Origin: an uncultured Gemmatimonadaceae bacterium
GTDB taxonomy: Bacteria > Gemmatimonadota > Gemmatimonadetes > Gemmatimonadales > Gemmatimonadaceae
Assembly: GCA_963817955.1 (NCBI GenBank)
Contig: CAWFQK010000005.1
Span: 128,001 to 192,000, forward strand
DNA: 64,000 nt
Reading direction: 5' to 3'
The notes under the pieces were generated by a model that was given only the letters and a program-made list of their open reading frames with translations, searched no databases and had not been told where the DNA came from. Shown in pieces: positions 48,457 through 56,681 of this stretch. The stretch's first letter is position 1; every line of letters begins with the position of its first letter. The position numbers were made by a program, and so were the translations under genes.

Positions 48457-48710
48457 GGGACACTCACTGAAAGGCGTACCGATGCACACACTGTAGGGTC
48501 GGCGATGTCGCTGCCGTGACCCTACTTCGACCGGGCAGGAACGATGCATCCTCCGCGCCGCTCTAACCTCAACGAGGTCCGTTTACTCGCCGATGGGCTG
48601 GCTGACTGGCTTATGGCCCGCTGTCCTTTCACGTCGTTGACTGCGTTGATCCTGGTGGTGACCGCACCACTGGCTGTGCCGCGGCCGGCCATGGTCCTGA
48701 TTCCAGCGGT

Positions 48711-49130
48711 AGTCGCCGATTTGGCAGTAGTAGTGGTGCGGCGACGCCGGTGGGGGCGCCAATCACGCCCGTGGACTCGTCAATCACACCCGGAGGGGAT
48801 GTGAACGCGCCCGTAACTCGACCAATCGGGCCTGCTATGTCGCCGAACGTTGCTGTAACTCGCCCGGTCGGCAAAAGAGCCGGGCGAATCGGGCCCGTAG
48901 CCCGGCTGATCGGGCCCGTAGACCTCCCGTAGCGCATCGTAACGGCGCCGATCGACGCCGTAGGTGCTCCGAACGACTCCGGTATCCGCCGAATCGGCAG
49001 AGGAGGGCGACCAAACGAGGTGTTAGAGCAACCCAGCGAGGCGATAGAGCAACCCAGCGGGGGGGTAGAGCAACCCAACGCACCCGTAGACCGGGTGAAC
49101 GCACCGGTAGACCACCTGAGACGACTGATA
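48711..49130. repeat. Degenerate 21-bp tandem array (18 clear units at 48753-49130 plus about 2 decayed units)
   Basis: Units stay in register without indels, e.g. GCCCGGCTGATCGGGCCCGTA, GAGCAACCCAACGCACCCGTA, GACCGGGTGAACGCACCGGTA. Confidence 0.85.
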
Positions 49131-49134
49131 TTGA

Positions 49135-49162
49135 AACGGGCCTGCCGGATGGCAGGCCCGTT
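49135..49162 (-). terminator. Perfect 12-bp hairpin between the hypothetical gene and the array
   Basis: AACGGGCCTGCC-ggat-GGCAGGCCCGTT; weak U-tract. Confidence 0.7.
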
Positions 49163-49185
49163 CCAGTTGTTACACCAACTGTTCG

Positions 49186-49932
49186 TTACGCGGCGGCAGC
49201 CAGGGGCGGTGCCGTGCCGGCCTGAGAACCAACCGCGGTGGTGTTCGCGGTTGTATTGGCGGCAGCGACATCGACGAGCGATGTCGTATCCGGACGAACG
49301 CCCTTCTTGACGACGTGCATCGCGTTCTTCCACGATGCGAGCTTCGCTGGATCGTCGCGCAAGACGCGGCAGAACGCCACGTCCAGCGCCTGGATCGCCT
49401 TCCTGGCTTTCGCCAGTACGGCCGGAATGTCATTCGTTGCCTCGACCGAATCGGCGCGCGACTGATCGCGGATTTCGATCGCCTGCTTCAGTAGCGCCGC
49501 CTGCTGGCGGAGGCCTGCCACGAAGTCCAACGACACGCCGTACTGCACCAGCATCGGCTGATTCTGCTCGCCGATGTTGGCCATTGCTTCCGCCGAACGC
49601 ATCAACTTCTCATTCGATGACGCTCGGTCCGGCACGCGCAACGACGCGCGCAATTCAGGCGTGCGCGTCAGCACAGACCGCGCAACCTTCGCCAAGGGCG
49701 ACAGGTGATGCACCCGCAACTCCTGCCGGAGATCCTTGACGTTGGCATGCGCACCGGCGATGACGCGTTGCGCCTGCGCCTGCCGCACCCCCAACGCGAC
49801 CATCGACGCCGCGGCGTCGTGTACGGCTTGTACCTGCGGCTGCACTTCGGACGGCACGAGTGTCGCATTCGCGACGACCCACGCGCCGACCCGCTGCGTT
49901 GCCTCGAACACTCTTTCCTCTGTTTTCTGCAT
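49186..49932 (-). CDS. Hypothetical predicted all-alpha protein (248 aa)
   Basis: Amphipathic helical pattern, no signal peptide or TM segment; HHLSPLAKVAR and DDPAKLASWKNA segments; Ala/Thr-rich tail. Confidence 0.8.
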   Translation of the reverse strand: MQKTEERVFEATQRVGAWVVANATLVPSEVQPQVQAVHDAAASMVALGVRQAQAQRVIAGAHANVKDLRQELRVHHLSPLAKVARSVLTRTPELRASLRVPDRASSNEKLMRSAEAMANIGEQNQPMLVQYGVSLDFVAGLRQQAALLKQAIEIRDQSRADSVEATNDIPAVLAKARKAIQALDVAFCRVLRDDPAKLASWKNAMHVVKKGVRPDTTSLVDVAAANTTANTTAVGSQAGTAPPLAAAA

Positions 49933-50709
49933 GACAGTTCCATGGTTAAGAGACACTAGGACCAACGGTGAACACATCGTCGTAATTGGAATCCATTCCG
50001 GGATTCACGAGCGGTGTGTGGGTGTCTCCGGGACTGCGCGGCAGCGAGCGCGAAAAGGTCGCCCCTCGAGTGGCGACATTCCTGCGGTCAGATGCCACGG
50101 TGGGACGTGTGCGGGTCCCTCCGTGTGTCGGCTTAGGCCGCGGGGGTGCACTCGTGGTCGTGGATCCGGCGGCCCCGTGTCGCGAAGCGACAGCGTGCCG
50201 CCTTGCTGCGTGTGCTGCAGTCCTGCTAGTGCAACCGAATTACCGGTCCTGCAACTAGTGCTGCCGAGACATCACACAGCAGGGTCGAAAGCCTCTTCGT
50301 CCGTGGCCATCGGAAACGCTCGTTTTGGATTAGAGCGTTGCTCGACCCAATGCTTGGGGTGGCGAGCCCCGAGGGGTACCAATTAAAAGGGGTACCCCAC
50401 GAATGCGCAAGGGGGCGGGGGGGGGGGGGGTAGCAAGAATCGGTATTGGGTCAGTCTGATTGCAACAGAGATATTCAGGGCTCATCTTCTCACGGCGGGG
50501 GCGCTTGACGACCGAACTACCGGGCGAGTTCGTCGACAAACTTCTCGCGCTCACTCCAGGGGATCGGAATGATCTTGTACTCCAGAAGGGCACTTGTAAC
50601 GGATGCCAGGGTCGGATGCTCCTGATCATTCAGGATCGCGAAGAAGCGTGACTCCTCGCTGCGTGCACCCTTCGTCTCGATCCAACGACAGGCGAGCAGC
50701 GGTGATGAC

Positions 50710-51174
50710 GTGGATGACTCCCGCCGTATTCCACGTCGGCGACCAATCAATGCGATGGCCGGTCACGCTGATCGCGCGCGAAGTGTGTCGCCCCTGATGC
50801 TCGCCTCGCGCTCCGATCGCCTCTTTGGCCAGTTGATCGACGGACTGGTGGGCGCCGCACCCATGCTTGTCACCGTCGGCCTGTCGTGGCTCATCGGCGG
50901 GTTGGCTATCCCGTTTCTGCTCGGCGCTGTCGCCTGGTCGGCCTTCTATTACCTGTTCGCCGATGGGTTCTCGGAAGGTCAAAGCATCGGCAAGCGATGG
51001 CTCGGTTCGCACGTCGTCAGCGTCGAGACGGGTGCGCCGTGCACCTTCGGCCAGTCATTCGTTCGCAATTCCCTGCTGGCGATCCTCGGACCGATCGACT
51101 GGGTCTTCATCTTCGGCGAGCGCCGCCAACGCCTGGGCGACAAAGCTGCGGGGACAATCGTCGTCGAGGATTAG
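50710..51174 (+). CDS. RDD-family membrane protein (start may be 50797)
   Basis: R...LID, GQSIGKR, SFVRN, RQRLGDKAAGTIVV. Confidence 0.88.
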   Translation: MDDSRRIPRRRPINAMAGHADRARSVSPLMLASRSDRLFGQLIDGLVGAAPMLVTVGLSWLIGGLAIPFLLGAVAWSAFYYLFADGFSEGQSIGKRWLGSHVVSVETGAPCTFGQSFVRNSLLAILGPIDWVFIFGERRQRLGDKAAGTIVVED

Positions 51175-51210
51175 GAATGCGTGCCTGAGTGAAGTATTCA
51201 GCATCGATCC

Positions 51211-52095
51211 GTGGGCCAACGTGCTCGATTCGTTAGATCGTGCAACGATCATCGTCCGGTGACGCAGAGAATATTTGCATCCTTCATCAGGTCACGGTTG
51301 CGAGCCAGGGGCTGGGTGCCATCGAAGAGCGATGTACAGGAATCGCGTGTCACGTCGTCCCCGCCGTCGGAGACGCCGCTGGCGCCCGTATCCGATGGCG
51401 AGCTGAGTAGGGCTGAACTACTGGCTTGGCTGGGCGTGCGCCGCCACAATCGCTTCTTGCCTGGCGAGGGAGCGTGGATGACGCTGGGGCAGTGTTTCCT
51501 CACTGCGTGGATGTCGTGGCGCTGGCCTCCGTTGGCTGTCGGGTTCGGCGCCCTGCTCGCCTGGTCAAAAGTCGAAGGGGATAATCATGTCGCGCGCATG
51601 TTTCTCGATCCGCTGGCTGATCGGCCACGAAGCGAGGTCCTCCCGATTCGAGCGTTTCAGAGCGCCAGCTTCTTCATTGCATACTTCGGAGGCGGCGTCA
51701 CGGCGTTTCGGTGGTTGCTGGGAACATTCATGCAGGAGCCCGATCGCGTCAAAGGCGCGTTCATCGTACCCATGACTAACGTGAGCGCCCTCCACATTAT
51801 TCTCGCAGCAATGATGGCGCTCAGCGTTTACAACATCCTCGTCCGCCCGGTTCGCGAGGCGTCCTATGCCGCGCGCTCCACAGCGGGACCTATTCGGCGA
51901 CGCGTATTGTCGACCGCCGCCGGGTTGATGAACCGGTTGCTTCCGATCCCGGCGGGCGTGGCGTTTGCACGCCTGTTGCCAAGCTCCGCACACGTCGGGC
52001 CGCTCATTGCCGCGGCGGCAGCGATGACGGCCGTGTATCTGTTCTCCTGGTTCGGCGCCGGACGTGCTGTCTTTCGATTTCCTAACAAGGCATAG
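51211..52095 (+). CDS. Hypothetical membrane protein (start uncertain)
   Basis: Long ORF with several hydrophobic segments. Confidence 0.5.
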   Translation: MGQRARFVRSCNDHRPVTQRIFASFIRSRLRARGWVPSKSDVQESRVTSSPPSETPLAPVSDGELSRAELLAWLGVRRHNRFLPGEGAWMTLGQCFLTAWMSWRWPPLAVGFGALLAWSKVEGDNHVARMFLDPLADRPRSEVLPIRAFQSASFFIAYFGGGVTAFRWLLGTFMQEPDRVKGAFIVPMTNVSALHIILAAMMALSVYNILVRPVREASYAARSTAGPIRRRVLSTAAGLMNRLLPIPAGVAFARLLPSSAHVGPLIAAAAAMTAVYLFSWFGAGRAVFRFPNKA

Positions 52096-52292
52096 AACGC
52101 ACCTCCGTAAGCGTTCTTATGGGCCACCCCTGTGCCGAAGGGATTGCCGCGGCGCTCCGAGCTGGGATACCGGAGGCCGACGAAATAGCGATTGGCGGCA
52201 TCTGGTAAACGCTCAACGTTCCGCGCCGGAGCTTGTCATGACCGATTGGTTCATCCTATTCTTTGATTGACATTTTCCGTGAGATTGATGCC

Positions 52293-52571
52293 ATGATGAG
52301 TAGTCCGCCGATGTGGTTGGCCGTTGTGCTCGGAGGCGTGCTGAACCCACTTCTTTGCTGGTGGGTGGTGGGCGCCAGGCGGCACCGCGCTCCGCTCCTT
52401 CTGCCGGCCGCGATGATCGTGGTGGGACCCTTGGAAGCCGGCCTCGGCATGGCACTATCTGGGCATGGAGTCTTCAACTGGTACCTCACGGTAGGCGCCC
52501 TCGGCTGCATCGCGCTTCGCCCGCGTTGGATGCGTGCTTCGGCGCCGAGCGGGGCGCGTCCAGACGCCTAG
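52293..52571 (+). CDS. Small hypothetical membrane protein
   Basis: 92 aa with three hydrophobic segments. Confidence 0.45.
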   Translation: MMSSPPMWLAVVLGGVLNPLLCWWVVGARRHRAPLLLPAAMIVVGPLEAGLGMALSGHGVFNWYLTVGALGCIALRPRWMRASAPSGARPDA

Positions 52572-52619
52572 GCGTTGAAGGCGTCGAGTCGCGTGTCCGT
52601 GCGAGACCCGCGCGCGGAG

Positions 52620-53120
52620 ATGCATGCGCTCCTGAGCGGCGGCGATCGCCGGAGCATCGCGGGTTCCAAACGTGTGCGCGCCATGATCGAGTCACAGCCG
52701 CGGCTCGTCGGCCTCCTGGCCGAGCTCACCTCTGATGAGGATTCCATGGTTGTTATGCGTGCAGTCGACTTGCTCGAGAAGCTGGCGCACGATCACCAGG
52801 ACTGGGTCGAACCACACAAGCGGCTCTTCATCGGCCCGCTGGCCGACGGCGATAGATGGGAGGTACGCTTGCAGATCGTTCGTGCCCTGCCACTGTTCCA
52901 TTGGACGCCTGCACAGATGCGACGGGTGGAGGCCATTCTCATCGGCAACCTGTCGCATCCGCAGACATTCGTGCGAGCATGGGCGCTCGACAGCCTCGCG
53001 CGAATCGCCGAGGGCCGGCCGCCGATCCGCCGAATCGTCGCCCGGGAGCTCGCCGCGTTCGAGACGTCGACGAGTAAGGCACTCCAGGCGCGGGCGCGTT
53101 GCATTCGCGAACGCATGTAG
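52620..53120 (+). CDS. HEAT-repeat-like hypothetical protein
   Basis: LSGGDRRSI, VVMRAVDLLEK, WEVRLQIVRALP, FVRAWALDSLA. Confidence 0.7.
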   Translation: MHALLSGGDRRSIAGSKRVRAMIESQPRLVGLLAELTSDEDSMVVMRAVDLLEKLAHDHQDWVEPHKRLFIGPLADGDRWEVRLQIVRALPLFHWTPAQMRRVEAILIGNLSHPQTFVRAWALDSLARIAEGRPPIRRIVARELAAFETSTSKALQARARCIRERM

Positions 53121-53388
53121 TGCGCGGAAGAGGATGCGGCCCGGCTCATCGTCTGCGCGCGCCTGCCGGCGGTCTGCGTGCCGCTGGCTCTTCGTCTGCT
53201 TGTGTGATACTATTGGCATCGGTGGTGTTCTCGAGATTGCGTGGAACTCCTTGTTGAGATCCACGTAAGCGAACTCGGATATCATTCTGTGTGGCAAGTT
53301 GCTGGCGTACGTGCCATCTCTTGAGGAAATCGCGGATTTCATTCAAGGCGCAATGATAATGGATCTCGAGTGGCGGCCAGCCGGCTGG

Positions 53389-54153
53389 ATGCGACACCGA
53401 CGGTGTCGTGCGCGATGGGTCGGTGGGATGATGACCTGCGCGCTGCTGGTGGCTGCACCACAGGCGGGCGGACAAGCGAAGGCGAATGCGCATGGATCGG
53501 TCGTGCTCGTCTCCGTCGCCGACGCGGCGAACGGTGCGTTCATCGAGCACGCCCAGGTGCAGCTGCCCGAGGTGCGCAGAGCGGCCGTCACCGACTGGCG
53601 TGGCGAGGCTCACGTCGATGCACTGCCGCGGGGAGCGTACCGGATCGACGTTCGCGCCCTGGGATACTCGGCAAGCAGTATCCAGCTCAGTGTGCGTGAG
53701 GACACCGTCTGGGTGCTGTTTCAGCTCCAGCGCGTCCCGGTTCGCCTCGACTCGGTGCGCGTCATGGCGACGACGCCCGTCTCCCCTCAGCTGGCCGAGT
53801 ACGAACAGCGGCGGCGGATGGGCATTGGTCGCTTTCTCCCCGAGTCGTTACTCGCGCGCAACGGCGACCAGCGTCTCTCGATCGTGCTGGCCACACGCAT
53901 TCCTGGGCTCTTGGCTGGCACCCGCGGACTGGTCGCCCTCGATCCGTCCGGCATCTCCGGCGGTGGCTTAGGGTGCGGGGTCAATATGTACCTTGATGGC
54001 TTCCTCATTGCGGATCTCAGCTCGACCCTGGACGAAATTCGGCCTCGCGATCTCGCCGGCATCGAGGTGTACTCTCGGGCGAGTGCACCGCCAGCGTATC
54101 GACCGACGGGGAACTACTGTCGCGTGATCCTGCTCTGGACGAAGTGGTGGTAG
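53389..54153 (+). CDS. Exported carboxypeptidase-regulatory-like plus TonB-plug-like protein without a barrel
   Basis: TDWRG, VRALGY, LDSVRV, RRRMGIGRF, C...YLDG, LAGIEVY, CRVILLWTK. Confidence 0.78.
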   Translation: MRHRRCRARWVGGMMTCALLVAAPQAGGQAKANAHGSVVLVSVADAANGAFIEHAQVQLPEVRRAAVTDWRGEAHVDALPRGAYRIDVRALGYSASSIQLSVREDTVWVLFQLQRVPVRLDSVRVMATTPVSPQLAEYEQRRRMGIGRFLPESLLARNGDQRLSIVLATRIPGLLAGTRGLVALDPSGISGGGLGCGVNMYLDGFLIADLSSTLDEIRPRDLAGIEVYSRASAPPAYRPTGNYCRVILLWTKWW

Positions 54154-54184
54154 ATCGCGGAAAGGAGCAATACTGACATCGCTC

Positions 54185-55000
54185 ATGTCACTATGCAGGC
54201 CGGCTATCGTTTCGTGGCACACGTCGCGGCACGCGCGGTCGCGCCGCGGTGCCCTGGCACTCTCGGCGATGCTCGGCGTATCAGGGTCCCAGCTGCTCGT
54301 TCCTCGTCTGCTGGCACAAACGGGCGCCGCGCGCGCACACACCGCGGCACTGGTTGGTCGCGTCCAGGACATTGCTGGTGCGCCGCTCTCGGGCTCAGCG
54401 ATAACCATAACCGGTGAGAAGCCGGTCATAGCCGATGATTCCGGTGAATTTCGAATCGTGTACCATGGGACTGAGATTGCCCCGGTCGTCGTGATTCGTC
54501 TCGGATATCAGCCGGTAAGTTTTTCGATACAGCTTCCCGCGGATTCGACCGTTTTCATCGCGATTCGCATGACGCCAATCGCGAATCAACTCCCCGCAGT
54601 CCTGACGACGGCTGAGCGAAACGAGCCCCTTCTCGCCACCACCGGGTTTTTCGACCGGAGACGGCACGAGGCGTTTGGCAGTTTCCTGACGCCGGACGCG
54701 ATCGCGCGGCTGCCCTTTCAACACCCGGCCCAGTTTCTCCTGGAAGTCCCGGGGATGGAGATCCGGAAGCGACCTCATGATCCCGGGTACGACATCCGCG
54801 GCCCAGCGGCATGTTATGTGGTCTTCGTGGACGGCACGTTCACGAACCTGGGGCTGGAGGACGCCGTGAACGTATCCCAGGTATATGCGATCGAGGTGTA
54901 CACTCGAGCAACGTTTGTCCCCGCCCGGTTTCAGGCACCGATGCGCGAACAGGTGTGCGGCGCGATCGCGGTATGGACGTCAAAGTACCGATTCCGCTAG
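54185..55000 (+). CDS. Exported carboxypeptidase-regulatory-like plus TonB-plug-like protein, paralog of the previous gene
   Basis: GRVQD..GAPL, RLGY, GFFDRRR..FGSFL, CYVVFVDG, AIEVY, CGAIAVWT. Confidence 0.78.
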   Translation: MSLCRPAIVSWHTSRHARSRRGALALSAMLGVSGSQLLVPRLLAQTGAARAHTAALVGRVQDIAGAPLSGSAITITGEKPVIADDSGEFRIVYHGTEIAPVVVIRLGYQPVSFSIQLPADSTVFIAIRMTPIANQLPAVLTTAERNEPLLATTGFFDRRRHEAFGSFLTPDAIARLPFQHPAQFLLEVPGMEIRKRPHDPGYDIRGPAACYVVFVDGTFTNLGLEDAVNVSQVYAIEVYTRATFVPARFQAPMREQVCGAIAVWTSKYRFR

Positions 55001-55254
55001 CACGGGTGTCGTCCTACTCAATCACACGTCCTCGTTCGTGATCAGATCGGTGAAATAGGCGGACATCGTCGCCGCGCGTGAACGCCGCGCCCGAGTTCTC
55101 GCCGATTTGCCGCCGAAGACTGGAAGGCGGACTGCGAGAAATGGAAAGCCCGCAGGTATGTCGGGGTCGTACGGGCGACGGGAGGAACTCGGTCCTGATC
55201 TCGCGCGGCTGATCGTCGCCAACGGTGCGCTGTCGCGCGCGCACATGGGGACTC

Positions 55255-55300
55255 TTGACATCTTGAACCGGTGAGCTAGTGTCCTAGTTCCACTAGGACA
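55255..55300 (+). promoter_or_regulatory. Promoter and YtrA-type operator
   Basis: TTGACA (55255-60), 16 bp, TAGTGT; perfect inverted repeat TGTCCTAGT-tcc-ACTAGGACA (55280-55300) 2 nt before the ATG. Confidence 0.8.
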
Positions 55301-55302
55301 GT

Positions 55303-55728
55303 ATGTCACTGACCATCTCCATCCAAACCGGCACCACGGTCTCGATCTATCGACAGATTGTCGAGCAGATCTGCGCCGCCGCGTTAGCCGGCCAGTTCCG
55401 CGACGATGAACCGCTACCCAGCGTGCGGGGACTCGCCGAGCAATTGGTGATCAATCCCAATACGGTCTCCCGCGCCTACGGAGAGCTGGTGCGCGAGGGG
55501 ATCCTCGAGGCGCGACCGGGACGCGGGATGTTCATCGCGCACCGTCGTCAGATCTATAGCTCGTCCGAGCGCGCGCGACGCATGGAACAGGCGGTGACGT
55601 CGCTCATGTCCGAAGGATTCATGCTTGGATTCACGCCGGAACAGATCGTCGAACACGTCGCGGCCAGAACGAAGACGCATGCACCATCGAAGTCCCTCAA
55701 GTCAAACCCGAAGGGAGGCACGCGATGA
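55303..55728 (+). CDS. GntR-family regulator, YtrA subfamily
   Basis: IYRQIVEQI, LPSVRGLA, INPNTVSRAY, GRGMF; short C-terminal domain; precedes an ABC ATPase. Confidence 0.93.
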   Translation: MSLTISIQTGTTVSIYRQIVEQICAAALAGQFRDDEPLPSVRGLAEQLVINPNTVSRAYGELVREGILEARPGRGMFIAHRRQIYSSSERARRMEQAVTSLMSEGFMLGFTPEQIVEHVAARTKTHAPSKSLKSNPKGGTR

Positions 55729-56681
55729 ATTCCGGTTCTGTCATAGAGACGCAAGGACTGACGCGCTACTTCGGGTCGAGGATAGTCGTCGACCAACTGA
55801 CGCTGTCCGTGCCTCGCGGGAGCGTGTTCGCGTTCATCGGGCGCAATGGCTCCGGCAAGACGACAACGATTCGCATGCTGCTCGGACTGCTGGATCCGAC
55901 GCGCGGGACGTCGGAGGTCCTCGGCCATGACAGCCGGCACCTCTCGCCGGATGTGATCGCGCGAATCGGGTACATGTCGGAGTCGCACACGCTGTATGAC
56001 TCCATGACCGTGCGGCAATCCGGTGCGTATCAAGCGCGATTCTACCCACGGTGGAACGCACGCGTATTCGACTCCGTCGTCGGGCATTTTCATCTGCGCC
56101 CCACTGCGAAGGCCGGTGATCTCTCGCGCGGCGAGCGCGCCGGACTCTCCCTCGCGATCACGTTGGCGCCGGAACCCGAGCTACTCATTCTCGACGACCC
56201 CGGTATCGGGCTCGATCCCGTCGCCAGGCGCTCGTTACTCGAGTCGATGATATACATCACGCGCGACTCCGACCGCACGATCTTCTTCTCGTCACACCTG
56301 CTCGACGATGTCGAGCGCGTGGCCGACCACATCGCGATTCTCGACCGGAGCGTGCTGCGAGTGCTCTGCCCGGTGGACATGTTTCGCGCCGCCATTCGAG
56401 AGTTCACGCTGCACTTCGCCGACGTGACGGCCGTCCCGGCAACGCTCCCTCCGCTGCGCGGGTTGCTGCGCGTCAAGCGATCCGGTGCAGACGTCGCGCT
56501 GACCGTTGCCGCGGCGGACGACGCAACGCGGCGCGACCTTGGTCAACTCGGCGCGGCCAGGGTGGACGAGAATGAGGTCGGGCTGAACGAGGCGGTCGTC
56601 GGCTACCTGGGTGACCGCGGCGAGCAAGGATTCTTTCTCGACGACGCACCGCCAACCGCGCCGGCGAGAGGTGTCGCATGA
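55725..56681 (+). CDS. ABC transporter ATP-binding protein (YtrB-like)
   Basis: GRNGSGKTT, LSRGE, LILDDP, SSHLL. Confidence 0.92.
   Translation: MNSGSVIETQGLTRYFGSRIVVDQLTLSVPRGSVFAFIGRNGSGKTTTIRMLLGLLDPTRGTSEVLGHDSRHLSPDVIARIGYMSESHTLYDSMTVRQSGAYQARFYPRWNARVFDSVVGHFHLRPTAKAGDLSRGERAGLSLAITLAPEPELLILDDPGIGLDPVARRSLLESMIYITRDSDRTIFFSSHLLDDVERVADHIAILDRSVLRVLCPVDMFRAAIREFTLHFADVTAVPATLPPLRGLLRVKRSGADVALTVAAADDATRRDLGQLGAARVDENEVGLNEAVVGYLGDRGEQGFFLDDAPPTAPARGVA

Noticed and set aside
48753..49130. CRISPR array interpretation of the 21-bp repeats
   Set aside because: There is no constant repeat alternating with unique spacers, the period is too short, and no cas genes are present.
48629..49333. 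234-aa minus-strand ORF through the array as a real CDS
   Set aside because: It starts inside another gene with no RBS and crosses a strong hairpin; kept only as an alternative hypothesis.
50282..50348. Known riboswitch or hammerhead ribozyme in the structured region
   Set aside because: The core consensus motifs of c-di-GMP-I, SAM, TPP, cobalamin and hammerhead RNAs were not found by eye.
50460..50651. Small CxxC-containing ORF
   Set aside because: Short, with a weak start and no recognisable family; it cannot be supported.
55281..55298. Third tRNA-Gln att fragment (GTCCTAGTTC...CTAGGA resembles the T-arm)
   Set aside because: The match is only about 10 bp and is fully explained by the YtrA operator palindrome.
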